IMG/VR virus record: IMGVR_UViG_3300042542_005394
Coordinates: 32,001-96,000 of that record
DNA from: a virus
Direction: 5' to 3' (one strand)
Length of the DNA stretch: 64,000 nucleotides
How positions within the stretch are numbered: position 1 is the first letter of the stretch; each line of letters opens with the position of its first letter. This document shows, in pieces, positions 30,075 to 39,645 of this stretch. Below the pieces are notes generated by a model. The model did no database searches. It worked only from the letters and a program-made list of their open reading frames with translations, and was not told the DNA's origin. A program made the translations under genes and the position numbers.

Positions 30075-31046
30075 CTAAAATAAATCATTAGCATCGAAAC
30101 TTTGAGAATGTTTAGCATACTCCACAGGACGACTATGGAAAAAATCTGTCATGTTATTACCTAATATTTGTTCATCAAACCAAGATGTTTTTGAGATTAT
30201 TTCCTTGTCAGCTTCAAAAATAGCATCGTACCCTATTTGTTTTAAAGACTCATTCATCCTATTCTTTATGAATTCTTTGAGGAGATCAGAGCTAAGTTTC
30301 TCATGGTCGTATCCATTTACTATCCACTCTATAATTTGACACTCATACTTGATGGCATCTTTGGCTTCGTGTTCTATTTTAGCTTTCAGTTCCTCATCAA
30401 ACAGCTCAGGATGTTCGCTTTTGATCGTGTTTATAATTTTAATACCAATCATAGCATGAAGGTTTTCTTCTCTGCTGGTATATTCTACTTGTTTGTTAGT
30501 ATCTTTCAACAAGTTTTTATATCTGCCAAAAAAGCTAATAGTATAAAACTGAGAGAACAAAGCAATGTTTTCTACAAACAAAGTAAAAAGAATTAGTGAG
30601 TAAATAAATTGTTTTTTGTTGTTATCATGAAATTTATGTAGATGTTTGCGTAGATAATTTACTCTGCCCTTAATGATATCTAATTTGAGAATATCATCGA
30701 AAGCATCATCTATGCCTAAGACTTCTAGCAGTCTCTCATAGGCATCTCCATGAATGACTTCCACATTAGCCATTACATAACCCATATCATTAATACTTGG
30801 GTGAGGCAGATTATCTCCCAATTTGGCCCAAAACTTTTTGACACTAATTTCTAGTTGGCCTATTGTTGATAATGCTCTTATAACTATCTCTCGTTCTTGA
30901 TCGGTCAAATTAACTTTAAAATCTTGAGTATCGCTACTAAAATTAAACTCTTTATCTGTCCAGAACCCGTTGTGCATGGCCGTTATGAATTCTTGTGTCC
31001 AAGGATAATTGTCTGGTTTGCGAGATATTTGTTCTTCAAAAATCAT
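30075..31046 (-). CDS. nrdB: Class I ribonucleotide reductase beta subunit (class Id-like)
   Basis: QLEISVKKFW, EVIHGDAY, FVENIALF, EE.LH, DFF..RP..Y. Confidence 0.92.
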   Translation of the reverse strand: MIFEEQISRKPDNYPWTQEFITAMHNGFWTDKEFNFSSDTQDFKVNLTDQEREIVIRALSTIGQLEISVKKFWAKLGDNLPHPSINDMGYVMANVEVIHGDAYERLLEVLGIDDAFDDILKLDIIKGRVNYLRKHLHKFHDNNKKQFIYSLILFTLFVENIALFSQFYTISFFGRYKNLLKDTNKQVEYTSREENLHAMIGIKIINTIKSEHPELFDEELKAKIEHEAKDAIKYECQIIEWIVNGYDHEKLSSDLLKEFIKNRMNESLKQIGYDAIFEADKEIISKTSWFDEQILGNNMTDFFHSRPVEYAKHSQSFDANDLF

Positions 31047-31086
31047 ATAAGCACCTTTTGTGGTCGGATTATGGGAATACGTTCCA

Positions 31087-31095
31087 TATACACCG
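31087..31095 (-). promoter_or_regulatory. YGGTGTAT motif upstream of nrdB
   Basis: cGGTGTATat, 42 nt upstream of the ATG. Confidence 0.55.
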
Positions 31096-31149
31096 CGACC
31101 GTATTCAGTATACTAGAGTTTCTGGTGTTCTGGGGAAGGTCGAAATTTT

Positions 31150-31962
31150 TTATTTGATTGTGTGTGGAGTTGGAACTCTTTTATCAAAGACCTGATTGTA
31201 CCAAAAATGGTATTGATATTTATTACCGTCTCCAACATCAAATAAACATACCGATTGATCAATGCTAGAAACTAATCCTGGCCACATTTCTAAACTCAGT
31301 AGGTGATTGTGCGGCTTATACCAATCATCTTGGAATAGTATATCTGCATCGAACCAAAAAAAGGTACCAGAATAGTGAAAACAACTATTGAAATAGCAGT
31401 CTTTGTCTGTTCTTAAACAACCAATAAAATTATATAATTTAGATTCTATTTTGGGTTTGACAAGATCAAAAAATAAATCAATATTATATTTCCATAATGT
31501 ATTTACCCAACAAGTTACGGCATAATCTTTTTCTGGATGAGAACATCCTTTCCCATGACCAAAAAATACAAAATTCTGTTCTTCATCATTTTTTAATAGG
31601 CTTCGTAATAGCGGAGCAGATTTATCAAAAAAGTGTGACGATTCTTTGGTGGTTGATGAGTTAATACATGGTATGATTATGGTTCTCGGATCATATAATT
31701 CATCTACAATCTTCTGAAACATAATATTATTATGGAACTCATTATTTGGGCTAGATACTGTTATTATTTTATAACCATTGAAAATATATAAATTTTGTTT
31801 TAATTTGGCTATGGCATAATGTATTTTTTCATGATTCACACAATGAAGATGAAATATAAAATGATAATTTATATTATTTTGACTATTATCTAACGTTGCA
31901 AAACTAGTATTTTCTTTTGTATTTTTGCATAAAAATTTAAACAACATGACTTCTACACTCAA
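31150..31962 (-). CDS. Hypothetical glycan-island protein (possible divergent GT-A)
   Basis: FFGHGKG and HYSGTFFWF motifs; neighbours are glycosyltransferases. Confidence 0.5.
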   Translation of the reverse strand: MSVEVMLFKFLCKNTKENTSFATLDNSQNNINYHFIFHLHCVNHEKIHYAIAKLKQNLYIFNGYKIITVSSPNNEFHNNIMFQKIVDELYDPRTIIIPCINSSTTKESSHFFDKSAPLLRSLLKNDEEQNFVFFGHGKGCSHPEKDYAVTCWVNTLWKYNIDLFFDLVKPKIESKLYNFIGCLRTDKDCYFNSCFHYSGTFFWFDADILFQDDWYKPHNHLLSLEMWPGLVSSIDQSVCLFDVGDGNKYQYHFWYNQVFDKRVPTPHTIK

Positions 31963-33070
31963 TTAAATTTTTAACCATAATTGTGTAGATATCTAACTTA
32001 AAAGTTCCTGTTTGATTGTTATTTTTTATCATGGTTGGTAACCTAGCTAATAACCCAAAATTATTTTCATTAATTTTATTAGCGTCACATAGTATAAGCA
32101 CGCTATCATTTGTTAAAATATTATCTATATTTTCAAAAAAATGTATTTTATTCCGTAAGTTAATTTTTGTATTTTTTTGTTCTTCTTTTAAGTAGTCAAC
32201 ATATAAATTAGACAAATTTTTATGTATATAAATATTATTACACCATGGTTCTATTAGCTCTAATATCTGATCATTACAATTATTTATTGCTATTGATGTC
32301 GAGTATTTAGGTCCTTTGAGTGTTGATCCCCATTTTCTAATAAAATTTCTATTTGACCGATATTCTATTTCTGAAGAAGTATTCATAAATTCATCAGAAA
32401 ATCTTGATGTTTTACTAACAAAATGGTAAGACAAAGCGTCTTTTGATGTAATAAGTTTTAAATTATTTGCTTCTAATCTCCATATTAAGTCAATATCTTC
32501 AGCAAACATTGGGTAAAAAAGAGTATCAAATCCTCCCACTTTTTCAAATGTCTCTTTACTTAAGGCCATAAAAAATGAACACCCTGCTTCTACTTGATCG
32601 AGATATTCATGTTGATAACTTTCACAAAACTCATAGAACTTATTTGTGTCGATATTACCAACATTGTCACCGAAATTATTTAATACCTTACCAACTGAGG
32701 TATTATTAAAAATTGGTGGCTCAACAACAGTATAAGAAACGACAGAATTATCATTAAGATGCTTATGTATATTTTCTAGAAATTTTGGACCTACAATCAT
32801 ATCATTGTGTAAAAAAACAACGTACTTATTAGTAGATAATGATACTGCTTTATTATATGTTGTTGCTAAGCTGGCGTTTTCATGACTATAGTAAATTTTA
32901 ACATTACTATCTTTGGTAGCTATTTGTTTTAACCATTTATGTGTATAGTCAGTACTACCATATGATACTAAACATATTTCTGTATCTGGATACAGCTTTC
33001 TGAAAGTTTGGTAAAAATATTTAGTATATTCTAGATTATTTTTAAGACCGACTATTGTTGAAATATTCAT
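31937..33070 (-). CDS. GT2-family glycosyltransferase
   Basis: GSTD.T, FLHND, GGFD..F...AEDIDL..R. Confidence 0.85.
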   Translation of the reverse strand: MNISTIVGLKNNLEYTKYFYQTFRKLYPDTEICLVSYGSTDYTHKWLKQIATKDSNVKIYYSHENASLATTYNKAVSLSTNKYVVFLHNDMIVGPKFLENIHKHLNDNSVVSYTVVEPPIFNNTSVGKVLNNFGDNVGNIDTNKFYEFCESYQHEYLDQVEAGCSFFMALSKETFEKVGGFDTLFYPMFAEDIDLIWRLEANNLKLITSKDALSYHFVSKTSRFSDEFMNTSSEIEYRSNRNFIRKWGSTLKGPKYSTSIAINNCNDQILELIEPWCNNIYIHKNLSNLYVDYLKEEQKNTKINLRNKIHFFENIDNILTNDSVLILCDANKINENNFGLLARLPTMIKNNNQTGTFKLDIYTIMVKNLIECRSHVV

Positions 33071-33155
33071 TTTATTATTAGGTTTTTAACTAGATAGTTC
33101 ATTGACTTTTTTTATTATAGAGAAGCATCCAAGTAAAACAAGAATAGGAATATTT

Positions 33156-33530
33156 ATGGATTTTATACAAAAAAAATGGGGATATGAAATTTGGATAGAG
33201 AATAATAGCTTGTATTGCGGCAAGCATTTACATGTGGTTCCAAATCGCTGGTGTTCAGTACATTATCATAAGAATAAAAAAGAAACTTTTTATGTTATTA
33301 GTGGCACATTAAAGCTACAATACTCTACTTCACTAGATAAAGAAGAATGGAAAACAAATCCCGAAGAACACTTAGTAAAAAGCATCATTTTAGAAAAGGG
33401 TCAATCCTTTACTATTAATCCCATGACAGCGCACAGATTTACTGCTCAATCACATTATCCTTGTGATTTTATAGAGATATCAACATTTCATGAGGATTCT
33501 GATTCTTATAGAATAATAGAAGCTATATGA
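33156..33530 (+). CDS. Cupin-fold sugar isomerase/epimerase-like protein
   Basis: KKWGYE.W, CS.HYH..K.ETFYV..G, HRF, IEIST.H...DSYR; start placed at MDFIQ. Confidence 0.8.
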   Translation: MDFIQKKWGYEIWIENNSLYCGKHLHVVPNRWCSVHYHKNKKETFYVISGTLKLQYSTSLDKEEWKTNPEEHLVKSIILEKGQSFTINPMTAHRFTAQSHYPCDFIEISTFHEDSDSYRIIEAI

Positions 33531-33823
33531 TATACTATGTAGATATTGATAATACAATCTGTTTGACAGAAAATAGTGACTATGACAACAGTAGTCCATT
33601 ATATGATAGAATCAGAGCAATAAACAACCTATATGACCAAGGACATACAATAGTTTATTGGACAGCGAGAGGGTCTAAAAGTAATAGAGATTGGTCTGAA
33701 TTAACTAAAAATCAGTTGGACTTTTGGGGATGCAGAAGACATAATATATTATTTAATAAACCTCATTATGATCTGTATATAGATGATAAATCAATAAATT
33801 CAGAAAGTTTTTTCAATGAATAA
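33527..33823 (+). CDS. Minimal (capless) HAD phosphatase
   Basis: VDIDNTI, WTARG, KP.YD.YIDDK. Confidence 0.85.
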   Translation: MIYYVDIDNTICLTENSDYDNSSPLYDRIRAINNLYDQGHTIVYWTARGSKSNRDWSELTKNQLDFWGCRRHNILFNKPHYDLYIDDKSINSESFFNE

Positions 33824-34574
33824 AATTGCTGTGATAGGAGAATCTTGTATAGATGAATATGTTTATGGGATATGCGATAGGGTTTGCCCGGAAGCTGCCG
33901 CTCTGTGTTTCAAAACCAGTGAGGAAAAAAGATCTAATATGGGCATGGCACATAATGTATATAACAATATATTAGCAATGAATACGGATTTGGATGTTAC
34001 TCTAATAACAAATAATACTACTATCATTAAAAGAAGATTTATAGACTATAGATATAATACTATAGTATTTAGAGAAGATATCAATGATTCATGTGAGCCT
34101 ATCGATATTAAACAATATGATTTTGACTCATATGATGTTATAGTATTCTCTGACTATTGTAAAGGATTTTTATCTGAAACAAGTATTATTGACATATGTA
34201 AAAAAATTAAAAAATCCTGCTATGTGTTTATAGATACAAAAAAAAAGATTAAAGATTTTATTAGATATGTAAGTTTTTTGAAGATTAATAGCACAGAATT
34301 AAAGCAGAATATTGTTGACATCGAAGATATTAGTAAATATTGTCGGGTAATTGTAACCAAAGGAGAGAATGGAGCTACTCTTTATGAGGGTAGTGTCGTT
34401 AAAAACTATCCAACAAAAAAAATAGAAGTAAGAGATGTTTGTGGAGCAGGGGATACTTTTATGGCTGGTCTGGTGGTTAAGTTCTTGGAAAACAAAGATA
34501 TTGATGAAAGTATCAATTATGCTAATTTGTGTTCTTCCGTAGTGGTAGAAAAATTTGGGGTAACCACACCATGA
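33816..34574 (+). CDS. hldA: HldA/RfaE-I-like heptose-7-phosphate kinase (PfkB family)
   Basis: VIGE.CID.YVYG...R.CPEA, SDY.KG, DVCGAGDTF. Confidence 0.8.
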   Translation: MNKIAVIGESCIDEYVYGICDRVCPEAAALCFKTSEEKRSNMGMAHNVYNNILAMNTDLDVTLITNNTTIIKRRFIDYRYNTIVFREDINDSCEPIDIKQYDFDSYDVIVFSDYCKGFLSETSIIDICKKIKKSCYVFIDTKKKIKDFIRYVSFLKINSTELKQNIVDIEDISKYCRVIVTKGENGATLYEGSVVKNYPTKKIEVRDVCGAGDTFMAGLVVKFLENKDIDESINYANLCSSVVVEKFGVTTP

Positions 34575-34972
34575 AAAATATATGGGTCAATGGATGTTTT
34601 GATATTTTACATGTAGGGCATATTAGACTTTTAAAATATGCTAAGTCTTTAGGAGATAGATTGATAGTTGGTATCGACAGCGATGCTAGAGTCAGTGAGA
34701 TGAAGGGTCTAAATAGACCCATTAATTCTCATATATATAGAAAAGAAATGCTTTTGAGTATTAAGTGGGTAGATAATGTTGTGGTTTTTGATTCTGAAAT
34801 ATCTCTGATAAAAGCTATTAAAAATCATAGTATATCAGTTATGGTAGTTGGAGATGACTATGTAAATAAAAAAGTAATAGGGTCAGAATATGTAGAATCA
34901 TTAATTTATTTTTCAAGGATACCTAATATTTCTACAACAATATTATTAAACAATAATATTACTTCTGATTGA
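34571..34972 (+). CDS. hldC: HldC/RfaE-II-like heptose-1-phosphate nucleotidyltransferase
   Basis: NGCFDILHVGH, GIDSD..V...KG..RPIN, C-terminal STT; ATGA overlap with the kinase gene. Confidence 0.82.
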   Translation: MKNIWVNGCFDILHVGHIRLLKYAKSLGDRLIVGIDSDARVSEMKGLNRPINSHIYRKEMLLSIKWVDNVVVFDSEISLIKAIKNHSISVMVVGDDYVNKKVIGSEYVESLIYFSRIPNISTTILLNNNITSD

Positions 34973-35806
34973 TGTTTTATTGACATATTCTAGAATATTA
35001 TATAAATCTGATAAATCTATGTCGTTTATAGTGTATGATTCTATAGATATCTGATTATGATTTTTAGGTTGCCAATTAATAGCAGTTGTAGCACCTGAAT
35101 AGAAGGAATAACCATAAAACCCAATAACTGGATGGTTATATGCTGACGCAGCCCATATCATTCCAGTATCAGCCGATATTAAAAATCTACTAGATAACAT
35201 TACTTTAACTGATTCAAAATATGTACCATTAAATTTTGTAGCTCCTTCTATTGTAGAATCATTTGGTCCACCAAGCTGGACAATAGGAAGATTGAATTGC
35301 AAAGCAAATTTTTGAACTTTCTCTAGTATTTTATGCGTTAAATTTTTTGGACTTCCAAAACTAGTAAAAGGAGCTATTGTTATATAATCTTGTCTACATA
35401 TTTGTCCAGGAATATTTAATGAGAAGTCCATTTGTTCTTCCGATGGTTCTGGAAGATTGTGCATTAAACAGTTTTCTGTTGTCTGGTGCCTATGTAAATA
35501 CCAGTTTATTTCTTTGTGTTTAGCATTTGGATCGAATACATGCAAATTTTTCCCATAGATATCTATGAGATTTTGTATCATGAATACATCTTGCTCTCCT
35601 GGCCAATCATCATATTTATCCCATACGATTATATCGTCTATGTGATCACTATGTAAAAATATTTCTTTACAGTCTGAAAACTTTTTATTAATAGAGTATA
35701 TGAGTCTAGACTCTGGATATTTTTGTTTTAAGACTGAGGCCGCTGTTAAACCTATGAACAAATCCCCGTACTGTCCATGATTAAATCCTATAAAAGTTTT
35801 TTTCAT
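34946..35806 (-). CDS. GT9-family (heptosyltransferase-like) glycosyltransferase
   Basis: GQYGDL......LKQKYP...LIY and ISADTGM..AASAY..PVIGFYG. Confidence 0.75.
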   Translation of the reverse strand: MKKTFIGFNHGQYGDLFIGLTAASVLKQKYPESRLIYSINKKFSDCKEIFLHSDHIDDIIVWDKYDDWPGEQDVFMIQNLIDIYGKNLHVFDPNAKHKEINWYLHRHQTTENCLMHNLPEPSEEQMDFSLNIPGQICRQDYITIAPFTSFGSPKNLTHKILEKVQKFALQFNLPIVQLGGPNDSTIEGATKFNGTYFESVKVMLSSRFLISADTGMIWAASAYNHPVIGFYGYSFYSGATTAINWQPKNHNQISIESYTINDIDLSDLYNILEYVNKTSIRSNIIV

Positions 35807-35815
35807 AAAAACTCT

Positions 35816-36352
35816 TCAACTTGATACTTTATTGTATACTGCCATCTCAAATCTGCTTCCAGTAAGATAAAATAAATCAAAAATAGGATATTCTAATCTT
35901 AATGCTGAACCCTTACTATTAAAATCATCACATAAAATCACTGCTTGTGTTCTATCTATTTTATTAAACTGCCTAAGCATCTCTTGTGGATCATCTGATC
36001 CATCTAAATATATCAAATCATATGTACTATCAGAGATATGATTATATGCGTCATCATTTAAAAAATTTATTTTCGCATTAATTCCATAAACTAATTTTTT
36101 GCAATTTTCGAGCGCTTGATTATCTATATCTATTATATCTAGTCTACCGCCATATTGTTCTATATATCTAGCCCAAAAAATACTACTCCATCCGTCCCCA
36201 AATCTGGCTTGATCAGATAAATCTCTAGCTGCTCCTATCTCTAATATATTGACTGGATTATGATTAAACATGTCTAAACAATGTTTAAATATATGATCTC
36301 TCCCAGCTTCTGTTTTTATTAGATGGTCTATGTATTTATTTGCAGTTGTCAT
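35816..36352 (-). CDS. Class I SAM methyltransferase-like protein
   Basis: ILEIG, IIDID, DLIYLDG, ILCDD. Confidence 0.75.
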   Translation of the reverse strand: MTTANKYIDHLIKTEAGRDHIFKHCLDMFNHNPVNILEIGAARDLSDQARFGDGWSSIFWARYIEQYGGRLDIIDIDNQALENCKKLVYGINAKINFLNDDAYNHISDSTYDLIYLDGSDDPQEMLRQFNKIDRTQAVILCDDFNSKGSALRLEYPIFDLFYLTGSRFEMAVYNKVSS

Positions 36353-36367
36353 AAGATAGAATAACTT

Positions 36368-36958
36368 TTATTTTGGTGTGTAGACCCCATATATTTCATC
36401 ATCATAGAATATTTGTAAATTATGAGTATCAGATAGAATATCTTGTATAAAATTAGAATTATCAAATTCTTTATTTGGTTTTAGATCTGTTCTTTTATTT
36501 TTTGAACACCATTCGCCATTATTGAGATAGACTCTTAAATCATCAACGAGTATAACGTCTTGGTGATTTTTTCTAAGTTTTTGTATCATTAATAGTTCTT
36601 CTTCTAATGGTAATCTTATTCTGTTAGGTTCATCACTACTATAAGAAGATAAGCCAGCATCAGCACCAGGATAATGAGCATCTAACCAAAAAATAATATT
36701 TTCTTCAATTGTTGGTAATATATCTGACATCGCAGATAGGCTATTATCTAGTTTAATTATTATGTTATTGATATTGTTGAACTTTTTGCTAACATTAGTA
36801 TATAGTTCTTGATTAATTTCTACAGATATTAATTTTTTAAATCCATATCTTTGTGCTGATACTAAACCGTCTCCTTTGTACGTACCTGTTTCAAAAAAGA
36901 TAGTCGTATTATATTGTTTGATATATTGTTGTAAATTAAAATAATTAAGAGTACCCAT
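36368..36958 (-). CDS. Class I SAM methyltransferase-like protein
   Basis: FFETGTYKGDG, SVEI, FWLDAH, ILVDD.R. Confidence 0.75.
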   Translation of the reverse strand: MGTLNYFNLQQYIKQYNTTIFFETGTYKGDGLVSAQRYGFKKLISVEINQELYTNVSKKFNNINNIIIKLDNSLSAMSDILPTIEENIIFWLDAHYPGADAGLSSYSSDEPNRIRLPLEEELLMIQKLRKNHQDVILVDDLRVYLNNGEWCSKNKRTDLKPNKEFDNSNFIQDILSDTHNLQIFYDDEIYGVYTPK

Positions 36959-36973
36959 TTGACTATCCTTTAT

Positions 36974-37624
36974 CTAAATATTAACGAATATATGAGGAGG
37001 AATATTTTTAAATTTTTCTTCTGATTTTGGCCAGAGCATTTTTGAACTATCCCATCCTAAATTACGCAGTGTGTATACTACTTGCACAAAAGCCGCTTGG
37101 TGTATTCTTCTGTCCATAATTTCAAAAGCCATTTGTCGTAGAAAGGTATCAAAATTTTCTGGTGGATAAATTAATCCTGGATAAATAGTATTATGAGTAA
37201 TACTACTATGTGGTATAGTAATATATAAAATTCTTCCAGGCTTTAGGATTTGTTTGATCTCAAACAATAAATTGTATGGGTTGGTTACATGCTCTATGGT
37301 TTCTAAACAAAAGGCAATATCAATTGGTGCATTTTTTTCTAGAAATATTTCTGCAAATTTTGAATCAAGATTGGTAACAAAATATTCGCAAACTTCTGAT
37401 GCTGCTTTGTTGTCGTATCCGTCCCATCCATAGAAGGTATTATTTTGATTTTTGGGTAGTCTATTAAATAGCATTCCATACCCGCATCCAAAATCACCAA
37501 TTCTTAGATTGTTAAGTTCTTTTAACTTAAAATCTTTAACAAAATAGTCAAGCCTAAGTTGATGACTATTTTCATATACTTCTATAGGCTGTCTATCAAA
37601 AAAATTATAGTAGTTATTATTCAT
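36974..37624 (-). CDS. Class I SAM methyltransferase
   Basis: DFGCGYG, ETIEHV.NP, ILKPG...I..P. Confidence 0.85.
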   Translation of the reverse strand: MNNNYYNFFDRQPIEVYENSHQLRLDYFVKDFKLKELNNLRIGDFGCGYGMLFNRLPKNQNNTFYGWDGYDNKAASEVCEYFVTNLDSKFAEIFLEKNAPIDIAFCLETIEHVTNPYNLLFEIKQILKPGRILYITIPHSSITHNTIYPGLIYPPENFDTFLRQMAFEIMDRRIHQAAFVQVVYTLRNLGWDSSKMLWPKSEEKFKNIPPHIFVNI

Positions 37625-38477
37625 GAGTGTAAAATTTATATAAGTTTAGAATATTTTTAGCAATTTGAAACTTAGAAAACCTGTGCTGGATTTGATTACT
37701 GCAATAGAGCATTATATGCTTGTTATATTCTTCAAAATTATTCAATATTTCTTGGTATTTATTTGATATTGATTCTTTGGTAGGATCACAAATGCAAAAC
37801 TCTGGACATAATTCGGAATTGGGATTGTCTGAACAAACAATAGGCACCGCTCCGCAAACCATTGCTTCTAAAGCTGTTAATCCTAATCCTTCAAAACTAG
37901 AAGGTAATGGTACAATTTTGGCTCTATTATAGAGTTGATTTAAATTAATATCATTTACCATTCCAAGATTATGGCCAATGCCACCAAATGGGCCGACAGA
38001 AATAATTTCTTCGAATAATGGCTCAAGCAAGTGTGTTCTTTTAACTGGGTCTGTGGCTCTTCCAACATACAAACAATTTATATCTTTGGTTATAGAAGAG
38101 TCATAAAAAATATCTTTAATTGGATTATCAATAACATAAGCATCAATACCTATAATTTCATGTAGTTGTTTTTTGACTGGCTCACTAATGCAGGTGACTA
38201 CCGACGCATGGGATAATTCATCCTTGAGCTGATCTATTGGGAAACTACTAATGTGCGTAGGAATATCTAACACATTAAATATTTTGAATACGTCATTATC
38301 TAATGCGCAGTCTTGATAGTCTGGATCTCTCGATGAATAAGGAAAGTTATTGGCATATACAAAATCATACTTATCGGAGGGGCCGACATTGTGACCTAAG
38401 CCAGCAAACCCCTGCATTATACGAGGGACTTGACACCAATATTGTTTAGCTCCGTAAACCTTAATATTCATGAACAT
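37617..38477 (-). CDS. GT4-family glycosyltransferase
   Basis: YVGR, PSSFEGLGLTALEAMVCG. Confidence 0.85.
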   Translation of the reverse strand: MFMNIKVYGAKQYWCQVPRIMQGFAGLGHNVGPSDKYDFVYANNFPYSSRDPDYQDCALDNDVFKIFNVLDIPTHISSFPIDQLKDELSHASVVTCISEPVKKQLHEIIGIDAYVIDNPIKDIFYDSSITKDINCLYVGRATDPVKRTHLLEPLFEEIISVGPFGGIGHNLGMVNDINLNQLYNRAKIVPLPSSFEGLGLTALEAMVCGAVPIVCSDNPNSELCPEFCICDPTKESISNKYQEILNNFEEYNKHIMLYCSNQIQHRFSKFQIAKNILNLYKFYTHE

Positions 38478-39111
38478 TATTTTTTGCCATATTTTTATAG
38501 AATGAATTTTGACTTCTTTGTTTATTTATGTGTTTTCTATGCAAAATAGCTACTCTACCATCGTCTGAAATAGCGGCACTAGATTTAAATCCTTCTAGGT
38601 GCTCATGTACAAATCCACTCCAGTGTATTAAGTTATTATTTTTGTAAATCCTTGGCTGGTAGTCTGGCCAATTTATCCATCCTTTTTCATTTATTTTCCA
38701 TGACCATTTTTTAATATCCTCTTCAGTTAATCCATCAACAATATTAATACGTGGAAGATAATATAAATCTATATCATTGGAAGCTATCTCTTTTCTTAAT
38801 GCTTGAATAGCATCAAAACGCATTTCCTCATCAGCATCAAAATTAAAAATATATGGCTGAGATGCTTGGCTAGTCATATAGTTTTTAAGTTCAGCAAAAT
38901 TATTTTTAAAATGGAAAGTGCTATATTTATTAGAGTATCTCTGGCAAATTTCTTCTATAAGCTTATAATTGTCTGTTTCTTTTTCGGATTCGTCTCTGTA
39001 TGTTTGAATAATGACTAGTTCATCATTATCTTTTTTAGCACCATTAAGTAGCGTTATTAGCTTGATAATCTCTTTGGTTTCATTATATACTGTAACACAA
39101 TATGAGATCAT
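38461..39111 (-). CDS. GT2-family glycosyltransferase (WaaE/KdtX-like)
   Basis: YNE, FAELKN, FDADE, WPDYQPR, VHE. Confidence 0.85.
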   Translation of the reverse strand: MISYCVTVYNETKEIIKLITLLNGAKKDNDELVIIQTYRDESEKETDNYKLIEEICQRYSNKYSTFHFKNNFAELKNYMTSQASQPYIFNFDADEEMRFDAIQALRKEIASNDIDLYYLPRINIVDGLTEEDIKKWSWKINEKGWINWPDYQPRIYKNNNLIHWSGFVHEHLEGFKSSAAISDDGRVAILHRKHINKQRSQNSFYKNMAKNNVHEY

Positions 39112-39599
39112 ATTTTAATATTCCTAATCCAGGATAGGTCGGGATCGATATACTCTATATTAATACCGCTCATTTGTATAAACAAGTTGAATCTTTTTTG
39201 GTGTTCATCATCAAACAGATGAGTTCCGTGGTTTTTCCTCATAAATACTTTGGTAATACCTTCTTGCCATAGGGCCATGATACAATCATTGCAGCATTGA
39301 CCAGTAACATATGCTATTCCATTTTCTGGTCTTATGGTGCAGTTTGAGAGGGCGTTCCTTTCCGCATGAATCATCCAAGGATATTTATCTGGCCTAGTAT
39401 TAGGCAGTTTGCTATCGTCTAATCCTTTTGGAAATCCATTATATCCAACTCCCAAAATTCTATTGTCCTTATCTGTGATGACACAACCGTGTTTGGTTTG
39501 AATGTCATGACTGCGCATTGCTACTGCGTGAGCTAGTCCTATAAAATATTCGTTCCACGATGGGCGATTAGTGGCTTTTGATTGATCTGTCATGATCAA
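39108..39599 (-). CDS. dCMP deaminase (ComEB-like)
   Basis: W.EYF, GYNG, HAE.NA, CCNDC. Confidence 0.9.
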   Translation of the reverse strand: MIMTDQSKATNRPSWNEYFIGLAHAVAMRSHDIQTKHGCVITDKDNRILGVGYNGFPKGLDDSKLPNTRPDKYPWMIHAERNALSNCTIRPENGIAYVTGQCCNDCIMALWQEGITKVFMRKNHGTHLFDDEHQKRFNLFIQMSGINIEYIDPDLSWIRNIKI

Positions 39600-39601
39600 T
39601 T

Positions 39602-39629
39602 ATCATAGTTCTAGTGTTTGGGAAGTCAA
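39602..39629 (-). promoter_or_regulatory. Sigma70-type promoter for the dCMP deaminase/glycan operon
   Basis: TTGACT-N16-TATGAT on the minus strand. Confidence 0.55.
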
Positions 39630-39645
39630 GTTTTATTCTATTTGA

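Noticed and set aside
31107-31145. Sigma70 promoter upstream of nrdB (TATACT)
   Set aside because: No acceptable -35 hexamer at 16-18 nt spacing
33102-33155. TTG start and N-terminal extension of the cupin ORF
   Set aside because: The ATG at 33156 has an AGGA RBS and begins at the family-typical KxWGxE motif
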